Positions 8,828-18,402 are shown, numbered from the stretch's first letter. The stretch: DNA of 64,000 bases from Candidatus Wirthbacteria bacterium (GCA_903889905.1 CAISZI010000053.1:10599-74598), one strand, 5' to 3'. A program made the numbers and translations. Notes: generated by a model from the sequence alone, not told the origin.

Positions 8828-11800
8828 TTAGCCGTTATAACGCAACACTTCGGCGGGACTGATCTGGGCGGCCTGCCGAGAAGGAATGATCGCACCCAGC
8901 AGGGAAAAGATATAACTGAAGGCAAATATGCCAGTTAGTTCCAGCCAGGGAATGGCAAAGGTCATCCCTACATCTGCTTGACTGAGTTGATCACGGAACA
9001 GAAAGTAAGTGATCACAATGCCCAAAATCAGGCCAATAAGTGTGCCGACAATGGCAATGAATGACGTCTCGCCAAAGTAGATGAGCATGATATCGCTGCG
9101 TTTGAAACCAATCGACCGCAGTACGCCAATGTGTTGCTGACGCTCACGGACCGAACGGAGCATAACAATACTCAGACCTGTAATACCAATCAACAGACCG
9201 ATTCCCAGAAAGCCCTGCAGCAGAGTGAAAAACATATCCATGATCCAGACCTGGTCTTTGGTACTCTGCACCACGTCCGTGACATTGCCACCATAGGCGG
9301 CGACGGCTTTGGAAAGATTGAGTAAAAATTGGGTGCGATTTACTTTAGGCTGGATGGCAAGCCAGGCTTCGGTCTGATAATCAACAAGTTTGAGCTGGAG
9401 GGCTGCAATTAATGGGTCACCAGCCACGTAAGTTGAATCATCGTCACTTTTGATCGTGGCAATGACGGTGCGTTCGGTGCACGACGCGCTTTCGGTGCTG
9501 GTGCAGACTTTGAGCTTTTTGCCCACGAGCTGTGGTCCGGGAATATTGGTGGGCGCAGCGCCAGGCATGCCCATATATTCCGTTGACCGCTCAAAAAGAT
9601 TATCCTGGACAATGATACTGAGGGGATCGTCGGTCAGTTTTTTCCAGAGCGCGGCATCGGATAGTTCAGGATGCTGTTTGTTCACTATTTTGGGCAGTTT
9701 GGAACCAAAGCTAGTGATGTAGTGTGTGTTGATGCCGTTGGCCATGGAATAAGACGGGAACTTTGACGAATCGCCTGGAGGTGCCAGTGTCAGATAGAAT
9801 GTCTGTTTGGTCATGGTGTCGCGAACGTCACTGGGATTGATGAATTTGGATTTGGCGAGAATGGTGTTGAGATCGGGCAATGGCGAAGCAGAATCATTGC
9901 TCAAGATCCGATAATCGTAGCCGCCGGTTTGATTGTTGATGGTTGTGTCGAGGGAGACATTGGACATGTATTTGACGATACCGATGGTAGTGACAATGAA
10001 GATGACCAGGGAATACATGATCAGTGTGATACCAGTACGGAAACGTGCATTAAGTGGGTAAGTCACGATCATGCGGATGCTGGATTGAAGCTTTTTGATC
10101 CGGCCCAGTGTATGCGCGAGTGGCCACAGGACAATGCGGTCATTGTTGATCAGGAGGATCGTTGCGGTCAGGATGGAATCGATGGCAATAATGATGAAAA
10201 TGAACGGATTGCCGTAGAAGTTTTTGAGAAAAAGCGAACCCAGATTGGCATAGAGCAGCAGGATTAGACAGGCGATGCTGTTCACGGGACGGGCTGGCAG
10301 CCGATAGTTCAGGAACAATGCCCAGCCCCAGACCAAAAAAGTCAGTCCAAGCATAGAGATGAAATGATTAGCAGCAAAGGCGAAACCCTGGAGAAAAGCC
10401 TGCAGCCCACCAAACATCATCACCAGGCAAACCAGGAAGTTAAACCAGGTGATGCGGCGGGTGGTGGCGCGGTCCTGGATGTCACGAATGGCACGAATGA
10501 TATTGAAGCGACTGATTTGACCGGCAGTCAGGATAATAGCCATGACCGTGATCAGAAAACCGATGCAAAAAGCATTGATCAGGCTGATCGGGCGAGCTTG
10601 AAAGAGGAGATCCGAACTTCCGCCGGTCAGCGCCGTATGGCTGGAGATGTAACTGTAAGCCCCTATCGCCACTCTGGCCAGCACCATGCCAAACAGTGAA
10701 CCGAGGAAGCTAGCCAGCAGTGAATAGGTCAAGCCTTCGGCATAGTAGATCTTGACCAAATCCCCTTGTTTGAGACCAATGGCACGCAAAATACCCATTT
10801 CGGCCTGACGTTCAAAGGCCAGCATGACAAACAGGTTGATGATCAGCATGATCCCAGCCAGCGTGCTGAAAGCGCCTAGAATCAGCAGGACAAAGGTTGT
10901 CATTTTGGCGCCTTCATTGGCGTTTTTGTAGACATCCTGTTTGGTTTGACTGGTGACAAAACTGATGCTTTCGCCGGTTTTGCCCAGTGAAGCATGGATG
11001 TTGTTGAGCTGATTAATGACCAGATCCGTGTTGTCGATGGCGGTTTGGCCGCTGCCCTGGTTGGCAATATAGATGAAGTTGACGGCGTGATCTGGCATAG
11101 CAAGTGGTGCTGACGAGGGAGAACCACCAACACGGGTGTAGGGTCCGTTCATCATGCTGTAATTCCCAGCAGACGAGGGAGGTTCGGTTGATAAAGCGAT
11201 AATATGCTGAGCAACGTTCAGGTTAACAAAGACTTTGGCCGATTCCGAGTTGAAGCCAAACAGGGTGGGGGGAACGTCCCAAAAAGTTTTGGGTTCAAAC
11301 ACCGCTTTGACCGTAAAGTTGTAGGGGGTGTTTTGATAATTAATAACCAGTTTGTCACCGCGACGCGCGTCCAGTGTCGTGGCGATATTATGATCCAGGA
11401 GAATTTCAGTGTCGTCGAGCGTATAGCACTGGTTTGATATCTCAAAATGGCACATCTGCTGCGGGTCGATCCCAATAATCTGCGTTGAAGGGGTGGCAAG
11501 AATGAGGTCACCCGACGCCGCATCAATGTGCTGCACAGGCGCGTCAATGCTGAGCCCATAAAGTAACGAACGGACTTCGGGTAGCGCGGCAATATTTTTG
11601 GTAAAGGGCATGACGGTCGATTCATTCAGGTAGGAGGCAGCGTTGGTGTCGCCAGAAGTACTCATGGGATACAAATTCAGCATTTCGTCACGGTGACCAA
11701 GGGATGAGAGCGATTCGACGCGGATCGTGTTTTCCAGGGTATCGCCAATGATAAACGCTGTGGAGATGGTGGCAGTTCCCAAAATTGCACCCAGAATCAC

Positions 11801-11941
11801 GAGAAAGGTCGTGGCTTTGCGGCGGGAAACATTACGCAGGCCGATTTTGACCAGGAGGCGGTTGCGCAGGTAAACATATAGTAAAATGATGAGGATAATG
11901 CCAACGCCGACCAGAAAAAATGGAGTCCATTCGGGAAACAT
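8828..11941 (-). CDS. ABC transporter permease, FtsX/MacB-like, with duplicated FtsX domains (1037 aa)
   Basis: N-terminal TM, large extracytoplasmic regions, and two 4-TM FtsX-type bundles. Paired with the downstream ATPase. Confidence 0.8.
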   Translation of the reverse strand: MFPEWTPFFLVGVGIILIILLYVYLRNRLLVKIGLRNVSRRKATTFLVILGAILGTATISTAFIIGDTLENTIRVESLSSLGHRDEMLNLYPMSTSGDTNAASYLNESTVMPFTKNIAALPEVRSLLYGLSIDAPVQHIDAASGDLILATPSTQIIGIDPQQMCHFEISNQCYTLDDTEILLDHNIATTLDARRGDKLVINYQNTPYNFTVKAVFEPKTFWDVPPTLFGFNSESAKVFVNLNVAQHIIALSTEPPSSAGNYSMMNGPYTRVGGSPSSAPLAMPDHAVNFIYIANQGSGQTAIDNTDLVINQLNNIHASLGKTGESISFVTSQTKQDVYKNANEGAKMTTFVLLILGAFSTLAGIMLIINLFVMLAFERQAEMGILRAIGLKQGDLVKIYYAEGLTYSLLASFLGSLFGMVLARVAIGAYSYISSHTALTGGSSDLLFQARPISLINAFCIGFLITVMAIILTAGQISRFNIIRAIRDIQDRATTRRITWFNFLVCLVMMFGGLQAFLQGFAFAANHFISMLGLTFLVWGWALFLNYRLPARPVNSIACLILLLYANLGSLFLKNFYGNPFIFIIIAIDSILTATILLINNDRIVLWPLAHTLGRIKKLQSSIRMIVTYPLNARFRTGITLIMYSLVIFIVTTIGIVKYMSNVSLDTTINNQTGGYDYRILSNDSASPLPDLNTILAKSKFINPSDVRDTMTKQTFYLTLAPPGDSSKFPSYSMANGINTHYITSFGSKLPKIVNKQHPELSDAALWKKLTDDPLSIIVQDNLFERSTEYMGMPGAAPTNIPGPQLVGKKLKVCTSTESASCTERTVIATIKSDDDSTYVAGDPLIAALQLKLVDYQTEAWLAIQPKVNRTQFLLNLSKAVAAYGGNVTDVVQSTKDQVWIMDMFFTLLQGFLGIGLLIGITGLSIVMLRSVRERQQHIGVLRSIGFKRSDIMLIYFGETSFIAIVGTLIGLILGIVITYFLFRDQLSQADVGMTFAIPWLELTGIFAFSYIFSLLGAIIPSRQAAQISPAEVLRYNG

Positions 11942-11967
11942 AGTTGCTCTCGATTAGTGGGCTAAGT

Positions 11968-12663
11968 TCAGTTTTGGGTGTCGGTGGTGATATGGCCGCT
12001 GTGCATACTGATGGTGCGTTTGGCTTTTTGGGCAACAGCGGTGTTGTGGGTCACGATGACAAAGGTTTGGCCCTGTTCCTGGTTGAGTTTGACAAACAGG
12101 TCGGTGATTTCATTGGTCGTTTCGTCATCCAGGTCGCCGGTGGGCTCATCGGCCCAGATAATGCTGGGCGAGTGGATCAGGGCGCGGGCAATGGTGACAC
12201 GCTGGCGCTGGCCACCCGAGAGTTCGGCAGGTTTGTGATTGGCAAAGTCGGCGATACCGATTTGGGCAAAAATTTCCATGACCTTGGCGCGTGCTTTGCG
12301 GGCATTCCAGCCGAGCAGCAGCAGGGGCATTTCGGCGTTTTCGGCCGCGGTGAGGACAGGCATCAAATTGTAAAACTGAAAAATAAAACCCATATGCTTG
12401 GCGCGATGCGCAGTACGGGGATTGTCAGCCATTTTGTGGATGTTTTTGCCGTCAAACAGGACTTCACCCGAGGTAATGTCATCAAGGCCGGAAATGCAGT
12501 TCAGAAGCGAGGTCTTGCCACTGCACGAGGGGCCCATAATGGCAACCATTTCGCCTTTTTCTATCTTGAGGTCCACACCGCGCAGGGCCGGCACCTGGAC
12601 TTTGCCCAGGGTGTAGGTTTTGACCAGCTGTTTGGCATCGACGATGGTTTGTGATTCTGGCAT
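11968..12663 (-). CDS. ABC transporter ATP-binding protein (LolD/MacB type)
   Basis: Walker A GPSCSGKTS, signature LSGGQRQRV, and Walker B IIWADEPTGDLD. Confidence 0.9.
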   Translation of the reverse strand: MPESQTIVDAKQLVKTYTLGKVQVPALRGVDLKIEKGEMVAIMGPSCSGKTSLLNCISGLDDITSGEVLFDGKNIHKMADNPRTAHRAKHMGFIFQFYNLMPVLTAAENAEMPLLLLGWNARKARAKVMEIFAQIGIADFANHKPAELSGGQRQRVTIARALIHSPSIIWADEPTGDLDDETTNEITDLFVKLNQEQGQTFVIVTHNTAVAQKAKRTISMHSGHITTDTQN

Positions 12664-12800
12664 CGAGATTCCCCATTAAAAAATACTGAGTTAGTATAAA
12701 CAAAATGAACAAAGCCTGACAATGTGTCTTCCCTACGGTATGTCGCAGGCATGGGTTCAAAGACAAATCGCAGTTGTCGGCAAATCCAAGGATTTACATA

Positions 12801-13613
12801 TTATCTTTTTCGTCTTGATCGCCTGAGGGCAGTGCTGAATCGTTCCATAATGCCAGGTGGGCGTTGACTCTCGGGGGTATAAGTGTGTTGCATTGGTTGC
12901 TCTGGAACAGGAGTTGGTTCTGGTTCTCGAAGTCGTGCAGCGTAAATAAGTGCGGTGTAATAATCACGAAGACCATTCGCTATTTCAATGGGATCGAACT
13001 CACAGGTAATTTGGCCTGACACGGCACGCTCTTTATATATGTCTTCATCCGAATATTTTGCTACGCTAACAAGCTCTGCAATATGATGACCCATGAGGGA
13101 GATTTCACTTGCTTCCACTTCATCCCTTTTGGCATATGAAGCAAAATCGACCGGGATTGACCAATGGGTTAATCCCGCCTGAATTAGTGCGGTGACAACA
13201 ACCGAGTCGAATTTTTGACCTAATGCTGCCATTGCTTCGCTGATATAGGCATGCACCTCTTCAACTAAAACATAAGATGAATTGGGATCAAAACGTTGCG
13301 CAAAACCGGTTTCGATTGAAGTTGCTATTGTGTCAAATTGAATCTCGTTGCGAACATTTACTCTATTATAGGCTTCCACTTCTGCAGGATCCATTTTGGC
13401 TGCGGCACCCATTGATAAAGCTTGTTCGATCAGCTCCCGCGCTGCTTTAATTTGCTCATCTTCTGGACTCTCTGCCATGTCGGGCAGGTATTTTTGGGCT
13501 ATGGCAAGTATGCCATCGTATTTACTGGCTCCTGCGTACACCATCGCCAGCAGCGGGTCAGTCAACAGATCCTGTGGGAATGATTGGATTTCAAATTTAT
13601 TTTCAGTAGGCAT
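12801..13613 (-). CDS. hypothetical protein (270 aa)
   Basis: RBS AAGG. Same strand and tight spacing with the flanking genes. Confidence 0.55.
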   Translation of the reverse strand: MPTENKFEIQSFPQDLLTDPLLAMVYAGASKYDGILAIAQKYLPDMAESPEDEQIKAARELIEQALSMGAAAKMDPAEVEAYNRVNVRNEIQFDTIATSIETGFAQRFDPNSSYVLVEEVHAYISEAMAALGQKFDSVVVTALIQAGLTHWSIPVDFASYAKRDEVEASEISLMGHHIAELVSVAKYSDEDIYKERAVSGQITCEFDPIEIANGLRDYYTALIYAARLREPEPTPVPEQPMQHTYTPESQRPPGIMERFSTALRRSRRKR

Positions 13614-13641
13614 TGGTTAAACCTTAATAGTTAATAAGCGA

Positions 13642-14658
13642 TTAATGTTCTGGTGAATTGTTTCCCCATTTTCCCCTTTTGTTGGGGGGAACCAGTTTGG
13701 CCAATGCTTCCATAACTTTGGCGTTTGCCATATCCAGGATTTGCCTTGTTTCATGGGTCTGAGCTGCCATAATATCGCTTTGCGAAGCAACGATTGTGCC
13801 ATCTTGAGTTGTCTTGTCAGGGTCACGACTTTGATTGGCACGGCGAGCAAATCTGCTATGCAGGACCGTCTCTCTATCGGTATCGCCAGGATCAACCGAG
13901 AAGGGTTCCCCGATTTTGACACTTACAGGTGGCCTGCGGAAAGCAGTTTTCAAAAGACTGCCAGCGGTGGCATTGCCCAGAATTTCATCGGCTTCGCCAA
14001 TTTGAACCGCAACGGGCAGGATAATCGCATTTTTACCAGCTTTGAATGCTGCAAGCGCAGGCGAGCTTCCAGGTTTGTCGGGCATTATGCCATCTAACAC
14101 AGGCTTATGACCAACAACAACCAACGTTTTGTTTTGTTTTAGGGCGGCTGCCATGCGATCCGTGTCGTCTGGATTGATAATGCCATTGCGAGGCCTTTGT
14201 TCAGCCATATATTGAACGGGTAAAACGTTTGTAGTACCGATTAATCTGACCAGTGGATAGGTTGCATCGTGCGTTCCTTTAAAACCCTCGGAGGTCACGG
14301 CGCCAGTCCAGCCAGTCAAAACGACATCAAAATGATGCCGCAGGGCAGCTGCCGCTGTTACTTCATCACGGTCAGTCAGGTGTGTCGTCACGATGATCAC
14401 TTTGGCCCCCTCAGGAATGCGATCAAGGTTTTCCAGACCTTCGACTTGGGCTTTGCCATTGAGAATTTCGGATACGCGCAGCAAGGCACGCATGCGGTGA
14501 CCCGATGGGGTGGGATGAAAATGGTGTTCTGGCTCAGTGGTCGGTAATGGCTCAGGCTGTTCGGCACTTTGGTCAACGATTGGCTCGGTATTATTAGCAT
14601 CGAGAGCTAACGAGCCATCGGCTGGAGTTAATGCTTCTCGGAAATTGGTTTGTGCCAT
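13642..14658 (-). CDS. putative acyltransferase (HX4D motif, LPLAT/PlsC-like), otherwise hypothetical
   Basis: TTHLTDRDE contains H-x4-D. 338 aa with an acidic, proline-rich N-terminus. Confidence 0.45.
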   Translation of the reverse strand: MAQTNFREALTPADGSLALDANNTEPIVDQSAEQPEPLPTTEPEHHFHPTPSGHRMRALLRVSEILNGKAQVEGLENLDRIPEGAKVIIVTTHLTDRDEVTAAAALRHHFDVVLTGWTGAVTSEGFKGTHDATYPLVRLIGTTNVLPVQYMAEQRPRNGIINPDDTDRMAAALKQNKTLVVVGHKPVLDGIMPDKPGSSPALAAFKAGKNAIILPVAVQIGEADEILGNATAGSLLKTAFRRPPVSVKIGEPFSVDPGDTDRETVLHSRFARRANQSRDPDKTTQDGTIVASQSDIMAAQTHETRQILDMANAKVMEALAKLVPPNKRGKWGNNSPEH

Positions 14659-14693
14659 GTTGAAAACCCTGCAATTCAGGTAATAAAGTATTG

Positions 14694-14745
14694 TTTTATA
14701 CTATAGTTTACCTCATTTGGGTGATTTATACTATAGTTTACCTCA
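14694..14745. promoter_or_regulatory. two 22-bp direct repeats, each with the palindrome ACTATAGT
   Basis: ttttatactatagtttacctca and atttatactatagtttacctca, 30 bp apart, sitting between divergent genes at 14658 (-) and 14925 (+). Confidence 0.55.
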
Positions 14746-14836
14746 CCTCATTGACCAGGCGGGCATGGCGTCCGTCCGGGCAAACAGGTGATGAACGTTA
14801 ACAACCTGCGGACAAATATCGACCCTCAACTCCGAG

Positions 14837-14877
14837 CGGAGAAACAGATTATCTAACTGTGGCAGTCTGTTTCTCCG
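14837..14877 (+). other. stable hairpin in the leader (11-bp perfect stem, 19-nt loop)
   Basis: cggagaaacag...ctgtttctccg, followed by a second stem (cacccc/ggggtg) that abuts the RBS. Confidence 0.4.
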
Positions 14878-14924
14878 TAAGGAGCACCCCTTTTCACTAA
14901 ATTCAACGAGGGGTGGGAGGGTAT

Positions 14925-15110
14925 ATGGCAATTAAAGGAGCTCCTCGTCCGTTAACGGATGAGGAGCAGGTTCGGGCGTCGAACCAGATAGCCAACAATC
15001 TTGGCTATCTGGTCGCAGGAGGATGCAATCTCCTCCTGCGAAATTTCATAATCGGCGCCGTCGGCCTTTTGGCCCTCGGCGCCTTTGTCCTCTACCTCGT
15101 CTCGAGGTAG
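14925..15110 (+). CDS. small membrane protein (61 aa)
   Basis: RBS GGGAGG 4 nt before ATG. One C-terminal TM segment (IIGAVGLLALGAFVLYLV). Terminator downstream. Confidence 0.4.
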   Translation: MAIKGAPRPLTDEEQVRASNQIANNLGYLVAGGCNLLLRNFIIGAVGLLALGAFVLYLVSR

Positions 15111-15194
15111 AGGTCCGCAGGTTGTTGGGGAGCGAGTGGGTAAAACCACTTGCTCCCCGCAACTTTGAAATTCAGGAAGTAGTTTTATCATTCC

Positions 15195-15225
15195 AAAAAA
15201 GACCCTAACGTCGGGTCTTTTTTGG
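15195..15225. terminator. bidirectional intrinsic terminator
   Basis: A6-gaccc-taacgtc-gggtc-T6. Confidence 0.7.
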
Positions 15226-15279
15226 TGGTCAGAAGGGCACAAGCATTGTGCTACGGAAAACATATCGGAATTGGGAGGA

Positions 15280-15912
15280 TTAATTGATCGACAGCAACGC
15301 CACTGTAAAGGTCAGTGTCGCATTGGCGGGAATCGTGGGGGGATGCCCTGCAGCGCCGTAGGCGAGATTGCCGGGGATGACCAGCACGCGCTGTTCGCCG
15401 ATTTTCATGCCGGCAACGCCTTCGTCCCAGCCTTTGATCACCTGGCCAGCGCCGAGGTTGAAGCTAAAGGGCTGGTTGCGGTCCACGGATGAGTCGAATT
15501 TGGTGCCGTCCTGCAGCGTGCCGACGTAATGCACAGAAACTTTGTCGCCGGCTTTGGCCACGGCGGTACCGGTGCCTTCTTTGATGATTTGATACTCGAG
15601 TCCTGAGGCGGTGGTCACGGGTGGGCTTTGAGATTGAGTGGGTGAAGTAGTGGAGGGAGCTTGCGTTGTGGGCTGATTGGCATTGAGGTTGGGCATGGAA
15701 TTGTCAGGGGGGAGAGCCGTCGCGTTATTGGTTGATGAACCGGCAGCGAGTTTTTGCAAGCCGTCAACGGTGGTATTGGTCGTCGCGTTGTTGGCGGGTT
15801 TGGTGGAGAGGGAGGAAAGTCCTTTGTCGGTGATGGTGTTGTTACCATCGGAGCAGGCGGTGAGAAGCAATAAACTTAACACCACTGCCGCAAGGGGTAG
15901 TGTTTTGGTCAT
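15280..15912 (-). CDS. FKBP-type peptidyl-prolyl isomerase lipoprotein
   Basis: Lipobox LLLTAC, a low-complexity linker, and a C-terminal FKBP domain (GWDEGVAGMKIGEQRVLVIP...YG). Confidence 0.85.
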   Translation of the reverse strand: MTKTLPLAAVVLSLLLLTACSDGNNTITDKGLSSLSTKPANNATTNTTVDGLQKLAAGSSTNNATALPPDNSMPNLNANQPTTQAPSTTSPTQSQSPPVTTASGLEYQIIKEGTGTAVAKAGDKVSVHYVGTLQDGTKFDSSVDRNQPFSFNLGAGQVIKGWDEGVAGMKIGEQRVLVIPGNLAYGAAGHPPTIPANATLTFTVALLSIN

Positions 15913-15944
15913 GAATGACTTTCGGTATTTGTTAAAGGATAAAA

Positions 15945-16244
15945 CTAGGCGCGGCGTTCCACTTCAAGCGTGCAATCGGTCGCCAGCGCAATAAAGGCGC
16001 CAATCGCAGCGAGTTCCGGGGCCAGCAAAATGCCGACAGCACCAAAGGTCATGGGGATTTCAAACACGGGTTTGCCCTGGCGTTTGATGATGATGCGGCG
16101 GATATTGCCTTCGCGGATCAGTTCCTTGATTTTGTCGAGAATTTTGCCGGATTCGAGCTTGAATTCTTCGTGCGTGGTTTTGGCTTTTTCCTCGACCTGG
16201 TCGACAGTTTCGTCCACGGCTTTTTTGGTGCGGGTGGTGGCCAT
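15945..16244 (-). CDS. DUF4342-like small protein with a C-terminal hydrophobic segment
   Basis: RBS AGGAG. The pattern KPVFEIPMTFGAVGILLAPELAAIGAF recurs in DUF4342 proteins, as I recall. Confidence 0.5.
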   Translation of the reverse strand: MATTRTKKAVDETVDQVEEKAKTTHEEFKLESGKILDKIKELIREGNIRRIIIKRQGKPVFEIPMTFGAVGILLAPELAAIGAFIALATDCTLEVERRA

Positions 16245-16335
16245 ATTGGCTCCTAATTAAGTAACTTGGGGTGAGCGTACTATAGCGGAAATGGGGGATT
16301 TTGGATAGGGAATGGTAAGAAACTGTTACGAGCGA

Positions 16336-16363
16336 CAGTCATTCTGAGTGTAGCGAAGAATCC
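16336..16363 (+). repeat. degenerate copy of the REP-like repeat family
   Basis: cagtcattctgagtgtagcgaagaatcc resembles tgtcattgcgagg..gcgacg..gcaatcc. Confidence 0.35.
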
Positions 16364-16467
16364 TCACTGACCAGTGGAAATGGAAATTGGTTTTTCCACG
16401 AAATTGTTCATTTGTAGTAAGGATGCTTCACTTCGTTCAGCATGACGATGAGGCCATCCGTTTGGTA

Positions 16468-16779
16468 CTAGTGTTTAGCAAGTAAATGCACAAACGACGG
16501 CCCAACTTTGCAGGGTAGAATATCAATCTGGTCCCAGACTTTGCCGACGACATAGGGTTCGACTTGGAGCCAGGCATCGAGTTCTGCTCTGGTTTGGTAC
16601 TCACAGATCATGGCCGACCCGTTCATCTTGCCAGCGTCATCAAGCAGTGCCACGGCCATGATCTGGTTGCCGGTAATGATCAGTTTGTCACTCATGGCAA
16701 TATGGTCGGCGCGGATGGCCAGCCTGCGGGTTAATGCTGCCGGATCGGTGAAATCGTAGGCAATGACCAGAAATTGCAT
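16468..16779 (-). CDS. YciI-like protein
   Basis: Start set at internal MQFLVIAYDFTDP with RBS GGAG. The upstream part of ORF 16468..17019 is low-complexity. Confidence 0.6.
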   Translation of the reverse strand: MQFLVIAYDFTDPAALTRRLAIRADHIAMSDKLIITGNQIMAVALLDDAGKMNGSAMICEYQTRAELDAWLQVEPYVVGKVWDQIDILPCKVGPSFVHLLAKH

Positions 16780-16856
16780 GGCATCTCCTAATCTAAAGCC
16801 GGAATTTGGTATACTGAATGTAGTCGCTCCGCCATTCTTCGTCAAATCGAAGCAAC

Positions 16857-17330
16857 ATGAACAAAAACATCCAACATCTGATTGACCATTATCACAAAGA
16901 AAAACTGCCACTCGCGGCGCTTTTGGCGGCGATCGAGGATGTGCAGGGCATGATTGGCGAAGGCGATATTGCCTTGGTGGCCACTGCTTTTGACTTGCCG
17001 CGGGAGGATGTGCAGGCATTTGTGAACAAAGCTCTCTACCTGCATACCGAGCTGGTGGGCAAATTTGAAATCCGGTTTTGCCGTGGCACTCCGTGCGCCA
17101 TGCAGGATAGCGCCGACATTTTGAAAGCGGTGGAAGACTTTTTGACGATTGAGGTGGGCGACATCACCGCAGATGGCCAATTCAGCCTGGAATACACCAA
17201 CTGCCTCGGCATGTGCGATGAAGGGCCGGCGATGATGATCAACGATCGGCGTTATGGATTCTTGACGCCAAAAAGAGCAGTTAGAATTTTGCAGGAAATC
17301 AAGGAGGCGAACACGCATGTGCACCCTTGA
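16857..17330 (+). CDS. NuoE/HoxE-like thioredoxin-fold [2Fe-2S] subunit
   Basis: Cys ligands in CRGTPC...CLGMC at the expected spacing. Confidence 0.8.
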   Translation: MNKNIQHLIDHYHKEKLPLAALLAAIEDVQGMIGEGDIALVATAFDLPREDVQAFVNKALYLHTELVGKFEIRFCRGTPCAMQDSADILKAVEDFLTIEVGDITADGQFSLEYTNCLGMCDEGPAMMINDRRYGFLTPKRAVRILQEIKEANTHVHP

Positions 17331-18402
17331 TTTTTTTAAACTGCCTTATGAACCCGAACTTGGTATTGCCAAAGCCTGGAAACTGAAACCTGATGTTATT
17401 TTGTCGACAGCGCGAGCCAAAGGTGGACTTCTGGCATTGGTTGAAGACAAAGTGAACTGCATGCAAGCCAGTGACAGCGACCACAAAATTATCATCGTCG
17501 ATGCCACCGAATATGAAGTGGGCGCGTTCAAGGTGCGCTGGATATTGGAGCAAAGCCTGGACGCGGTGCTGGATGGTGCTTTGATTGGGGCTTACCTCAC
17601 GGGTGCTCACCGCATTTATGTACTAATGAGCGCGGATTATCCGATTTTACGACTTGAATTTGAACATTTGGTCAAAGACCGGATGGACATGGACATGCTG
17701 GGGAAACAGGTGGTGGGTAAAAAATTGAATCTTGAAAGAGTGATGGTATTGCCGGACATGATGGAAACCCGCCGCGACGAAGACCTGGTAGCCCAGGTCA
17801 AAGGTCATTTACAACTGCACGAAGACTTTGAGGCGCATGGCATCTGGGTGGAAAAAGCCGAAACTTTTGCACGTCTCGCGCGTGGTTTTGCCAGTCCCAA
17901 ATTGGAAACCTGGTCAAACCACGTCTTTAGCGTCAGTGGCGACGTCAGCAGAGCGGGCGTCTTTGAAATCAAAGCTGGGACGACGCTCACCGAGCTGCTT
18001 GCCTTGGCACAGCCCAAAGGCAAGACGAAAGGCGCACAAATTGGCGGCACAGAAGGCATTCTGGTGGCAACCGAAGATTTCGCAACGTATCGACTTGGTG
18101 AGGATATGGTTGAGGAAAGCGGATCGGTTATTGTTTTTAACGATTCCCGCAACGTCGTCGCGCTGCTAGCCAATACCGTGTCGGAGCTGCTGGGCGAACG
18201 CAAACTGTTTGCTGAGCCTTTGGAGGAAGTGGACGAACTCTATATTGAATTACAAATGCTGCGTAAGCAGCCAGAACGCCAACTGGCCAAAAAAATATTG
18301 GAACATGCCTTGGGATTGGTGGAAACGTCAACAGTTCTCAAGCGCGTTGGGCAGATGGTCAGGGATGCGTATGAGGCGTGGCCGGAAGAGTTTGGCAGTT
18401 AG
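17317..18402 (+). CDS. NuoF (51-kDa subunit)-like protein with degenerate cofactor motifs
   Basis: Clear NuoF-like blocks (KIIIVDATEYEVGAFKVRWILEQ; SGDVSRAGVFEIKAGTTLTELL). The FMN site GAGxYICGEE is replaced by VLPDMMETRR and there is no C-terminal Cys cluster. RBS AAGGAGG; overlaps nuoE-like by 14 nt. Confidence 0.6.
   Translation: MCTLDFFKLPYEPELGIAKAWKLKPDVILSTARAKGGLLALVEDKVNCMQASDSDHKIIIVDATEYEVGAFKVRWILEQSLDAVLDGALIGAYLTGAHRIYVLMSADYPILRLEFEHLVKDRMDMDMLGKQVVGKKLNLERVMVLPDMMETRRDEDLVAQVKGHLQLHEDFEAHGIWVEKAETFARLARGFASPKLETWSNHVFSVSGDVSRAGVFEIKAGTTLTELLALAQPKGKTKGAQIGGTEGILVATEDFATYRLGEDMVEESGSVIVFNDSRNVVALLANTVSELLGERKLFAEPLEEVDELYIELQMLRKQPERQLAKKILEHALGLVETSTVLKRVGQMVRDAYEAWPEEFGS

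Noticed and set aside
6777-8830. att-site duplication or integrase for the tRNA-Arg-adjacent islet
   Set aside because: No copy of the tRNA 3' end (gactcctgcaggggg) near the islet boundary, and no recombinase gene.
8741-8938. 65-aa ORF on the + strand
   Set aside because: It runs straight through the bidirectional terminator and into the permease gene on the opposite strand.
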